Source of the DNA: Paramecium tetraurelia
Taxonomy: Eukaryota
DNA: 51,574 nt
Direction of reading: 5' to 3'
NCBI GenBank assembly: GCA_000165425.1
Contig: CT868672.1
Location: 62,001-113,574 of the forward strand
Made by a program: the position numbers and the translations under genes
Notes under the pieces: model-generated
Told to the model about the DNA's origin: nothing
The model's input: only the letters and a program-made list of their open reading frames with translations
The model's database searches: none
Shown: positions 49,270 through 51,574 of the stretch, piece after piece
Numbering within the stretch: the stretch's first letter is position 1
Layout: the number at the start of each line of letters is the position of its first letter

Positions 49270-50521
49270 ATTATTATTATTGATATTGTGGTTATTAAAC
49301 CTTTTATGAAGTTTTGTCCCTACTCAAATTTAGATGAGATAGATCAAAAATTCTTTCTTTTTAATGAATCACACTTGGTTATTATTAATAATAATTCTAA
49401 GGAAGACTTTATTAAGAATTTTATCTCCGATTTGGCGTTTGTTATGTTAATAAGATCTAATATCCTTAATCAATTTTATTAATTGGTTGTTTTTCAAGCC
49501 ACATTTCTTTAATATACTGACCTTAATTAGGCTCTGTTATTCTAGACTTATTAGTGATTTATTATTCAAAAATGGGTTTGTGCTTGTGCTATGGAAGAGA
49601 TTCTTAGAAATTATCAGGATATTGTTATGTTTGATCTTACTAATTCATTGATATTTAATAATCTGGTTAGGAACTCACATTGACAGGATAATATGAATTT
49701 CTTTAATTTTCAACTTATTCTTCATTTGTAACCAGAATTGGACTTTTATTTTAAAACTCTCCATATGAATGGATGCCTTAGCCTCTGGCTGATTATCTCT
49801 TTGAGTATTAAGGAGCTGATAAATAATTTGTTTGCTATTATTCTGTGTCTTTATTTTAAGGAAATTCTAAGGTACCATAATTTTGTCTTAGTTAATTGAG
49901 ATACTGTATTTATGGCGCATTTTATGAGTATTGAGTAGATTATAATGGTGTATGTTATTTTTGTTGTTAAATGCTGTTGTAATTAGAGCTAATTCTTTGA
50001 TGACTTGTAGGTGATAAATAATTCATTTAAATTCTTGAACTGACTGGAATTGGATCATGAATATCATACTTTTATTGTTTGTAGCTATCTAGAGTTTGAA
50101 GCTCTTCTAGAAGTTGCTATTCTTATTAGTCTATGTAATCATACTAATTTTCAGAGAAATTTTATTTATGCCCATAAAATTATTACTATTTATTTCCTTG
50201 CTGTCTTAATGCAATTGCTTACAATATTTATATGTTTTGTTCCCTTTAGGATTTTAGTTCTTCTAACAATTATTAGTAATCTTGACGTGATGATTATTAA
50301 AGTTAATTTATATTAGTGGTTAATTCATTATAAATGTTGTCAATTTTGGTAACAATTGATTGATATTTGGTTTAAGTATCAGTTCTTTGAGAATACATTT
50401 CTTACTCCAATTCAGAATATTATATCATTAATTTATTGTAGTTATTGGTTATTTCTTGTTATTGTTAAATTTAAGCTTACTGTCTAGGTATTGAAAGGGT
50501 ATGATTGTTAATAGATTGCAT
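48377..50521 (-). CDS. Q/N-rich protein with polyQ tract and C2HC zinc finger
   Basis: Long code-6 frame with tiny introns; N-terminal coiled coil, polyQ, and YCTMCDQFISIKNANTHTNFC. Confidence 0.72.
49175..49267. repeat. (TTA)31 microsatellite, read as (TAA)n polyQ on the minus strand
   Basis: 93 nt of pure TTA units with degenerate flanks spanning about 49110-49282. Confidence 0.95.
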
Positions 50522-51344
50522 GTATTCAAATTTAGGAATTTATGAAGGAAGTAATAACAAAATAAATTTATTTTCAACAATAAAATATTGTTTATATTAC
50601 AAAGTAGCAATATTTCAAATAATCTCAAGTAATGTTTAAATAATTGAATTTCTTAGGTTTCAATTCTAGCTGCAATATTAAGAAGAGTGATATGACTTTT
50701 TTGACAGCTGAAAGTTAATTAAAATGAAATTTAGATGTCACTTTTTGAGTCCAAAAATAACTTTGATAAAATATTTCAATTGCTTTGGATCTAACTTCTC
50801 AAATCTTAATATTAAACATTTTAATTATGGATACCTGTAATGAATCTCTTGACTCTCCATAATAACAATATTTTTTTCTAAAAGATGTTGTATCTACTTC
50901 CTTATATCGAAATGAGTATCTTTTCACACGTTTCACTTCTTATAATAGTATTCTGATATGATTATTAGGTATTTTATAATGTGTTTTGCATATATTAATT
51001 AGTAATTCTATTTTGTCAAAATAATAAAATGAACATTAAGAAATTGCATAAATAAGATTTTAAATTTCATCATTATAGAATAGGTCTAGTTTTGATAATT
51101 GATACAGAAATGTTCTAAAATGTTTTATTATGTTATCAAAACTTCACCTAAACTTTTAAATGAAGAAATAGGTTTTAGTTGATCAGAATAGAATTTAGCT
51201 TTAATCAAATTTTTAATGATTAATCTTGTAATTTCATGTTATTTTTGAGATTGCTCAAGAATAAATGGCAATCATTTCTCTTCATCTTTATTCTTTAATC
51301 CACTTATATATTTAAAATATTCTTTTATGTTTTGTATTATAAAC

Positions 51345-51574
51345 TCATTATTATTCATTTTCAATTAAGGCAGCAGCACCCATACCAGTAGCAATACACA
51401 TAGAAATAACACCATATTTAGCCTTCTTTCTCTTCATTTCTGGTAATAAAGTGGCAACTTATCTGGCACCAGTACATCCTAAAGTTAATTATTCTATATA
51501 CCTAATGGATGTCCTAAAGCAATGGCACCACCTTTTGGATTAACTCTGCTTGGTTACATTCCCGATCGTTTTAA
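51345..51574 (-). CDS. 3-ketoacyl-CoA thiolase, 3' end (partial)
   Basis: VNPKGGAIALGHPLGCTGARQ..GVISMCIATGMGAAALIENE; one 23-nt intron. Confidence 0.95.

Noticed and set aside
49069..49482. Poly-Ile ORF in the supplied track
   Set aside because: It is the antisense reading of the (TAA)n polyQ tract.
50530..51340. Possible gene between the polyQ gene and thiolase
   Set aside because: Multiple TGAs in the frames examined and no recognisable domain.

Overview
Very AT-rich, gene-dense ciliate macronuclear DNA, most likely Paramecium. TAA and TAG read as Gln, TGA is the only stop, and genes carry many 20-31 nt GT..AG introns. The supplied standard-code ORF track therefore fragments the real genes, so I re-translated them by hand with code 6; exon boundaries are manual estimates. 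About 35 genes are present: PP2C, a membrane alpha/beta-hydrolase, a PH-START-OSBP lipid-transfer protein, eIF2-beta, two kinases, an EST1-NYN (Smg6L-type) nuclease, epiplasmin, a SAM/Zn-finger protein, kelch, DUSP, HEATR3/Syo1, PAM18, FAM227, an 8-TM protein, PX-WD40, GEP4, a mitochondrial carrier, FBXO9, MUT-7/EXD3, two tandem 2-TM paralogs flanking an assembly gap, glutamine synthetase, an MFSD1-like transporter, a TBC Rab-GAP, a polyQ protein and the 3' end of a thiolase. The most notable points are a multi-module membrane-anchored lipid-transfer protein, head-to-head genes whose ATGs are only 7-9 nt apart, abutting stop codons, a possible intron birth in eIF2-beta, SILK+RVxF micro-proteins, and ENaC/ERGIC-like tandem paralogs with a gene-conversion signature. 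No tRNA, rRNA, CRISPR array or transposon was recognised.
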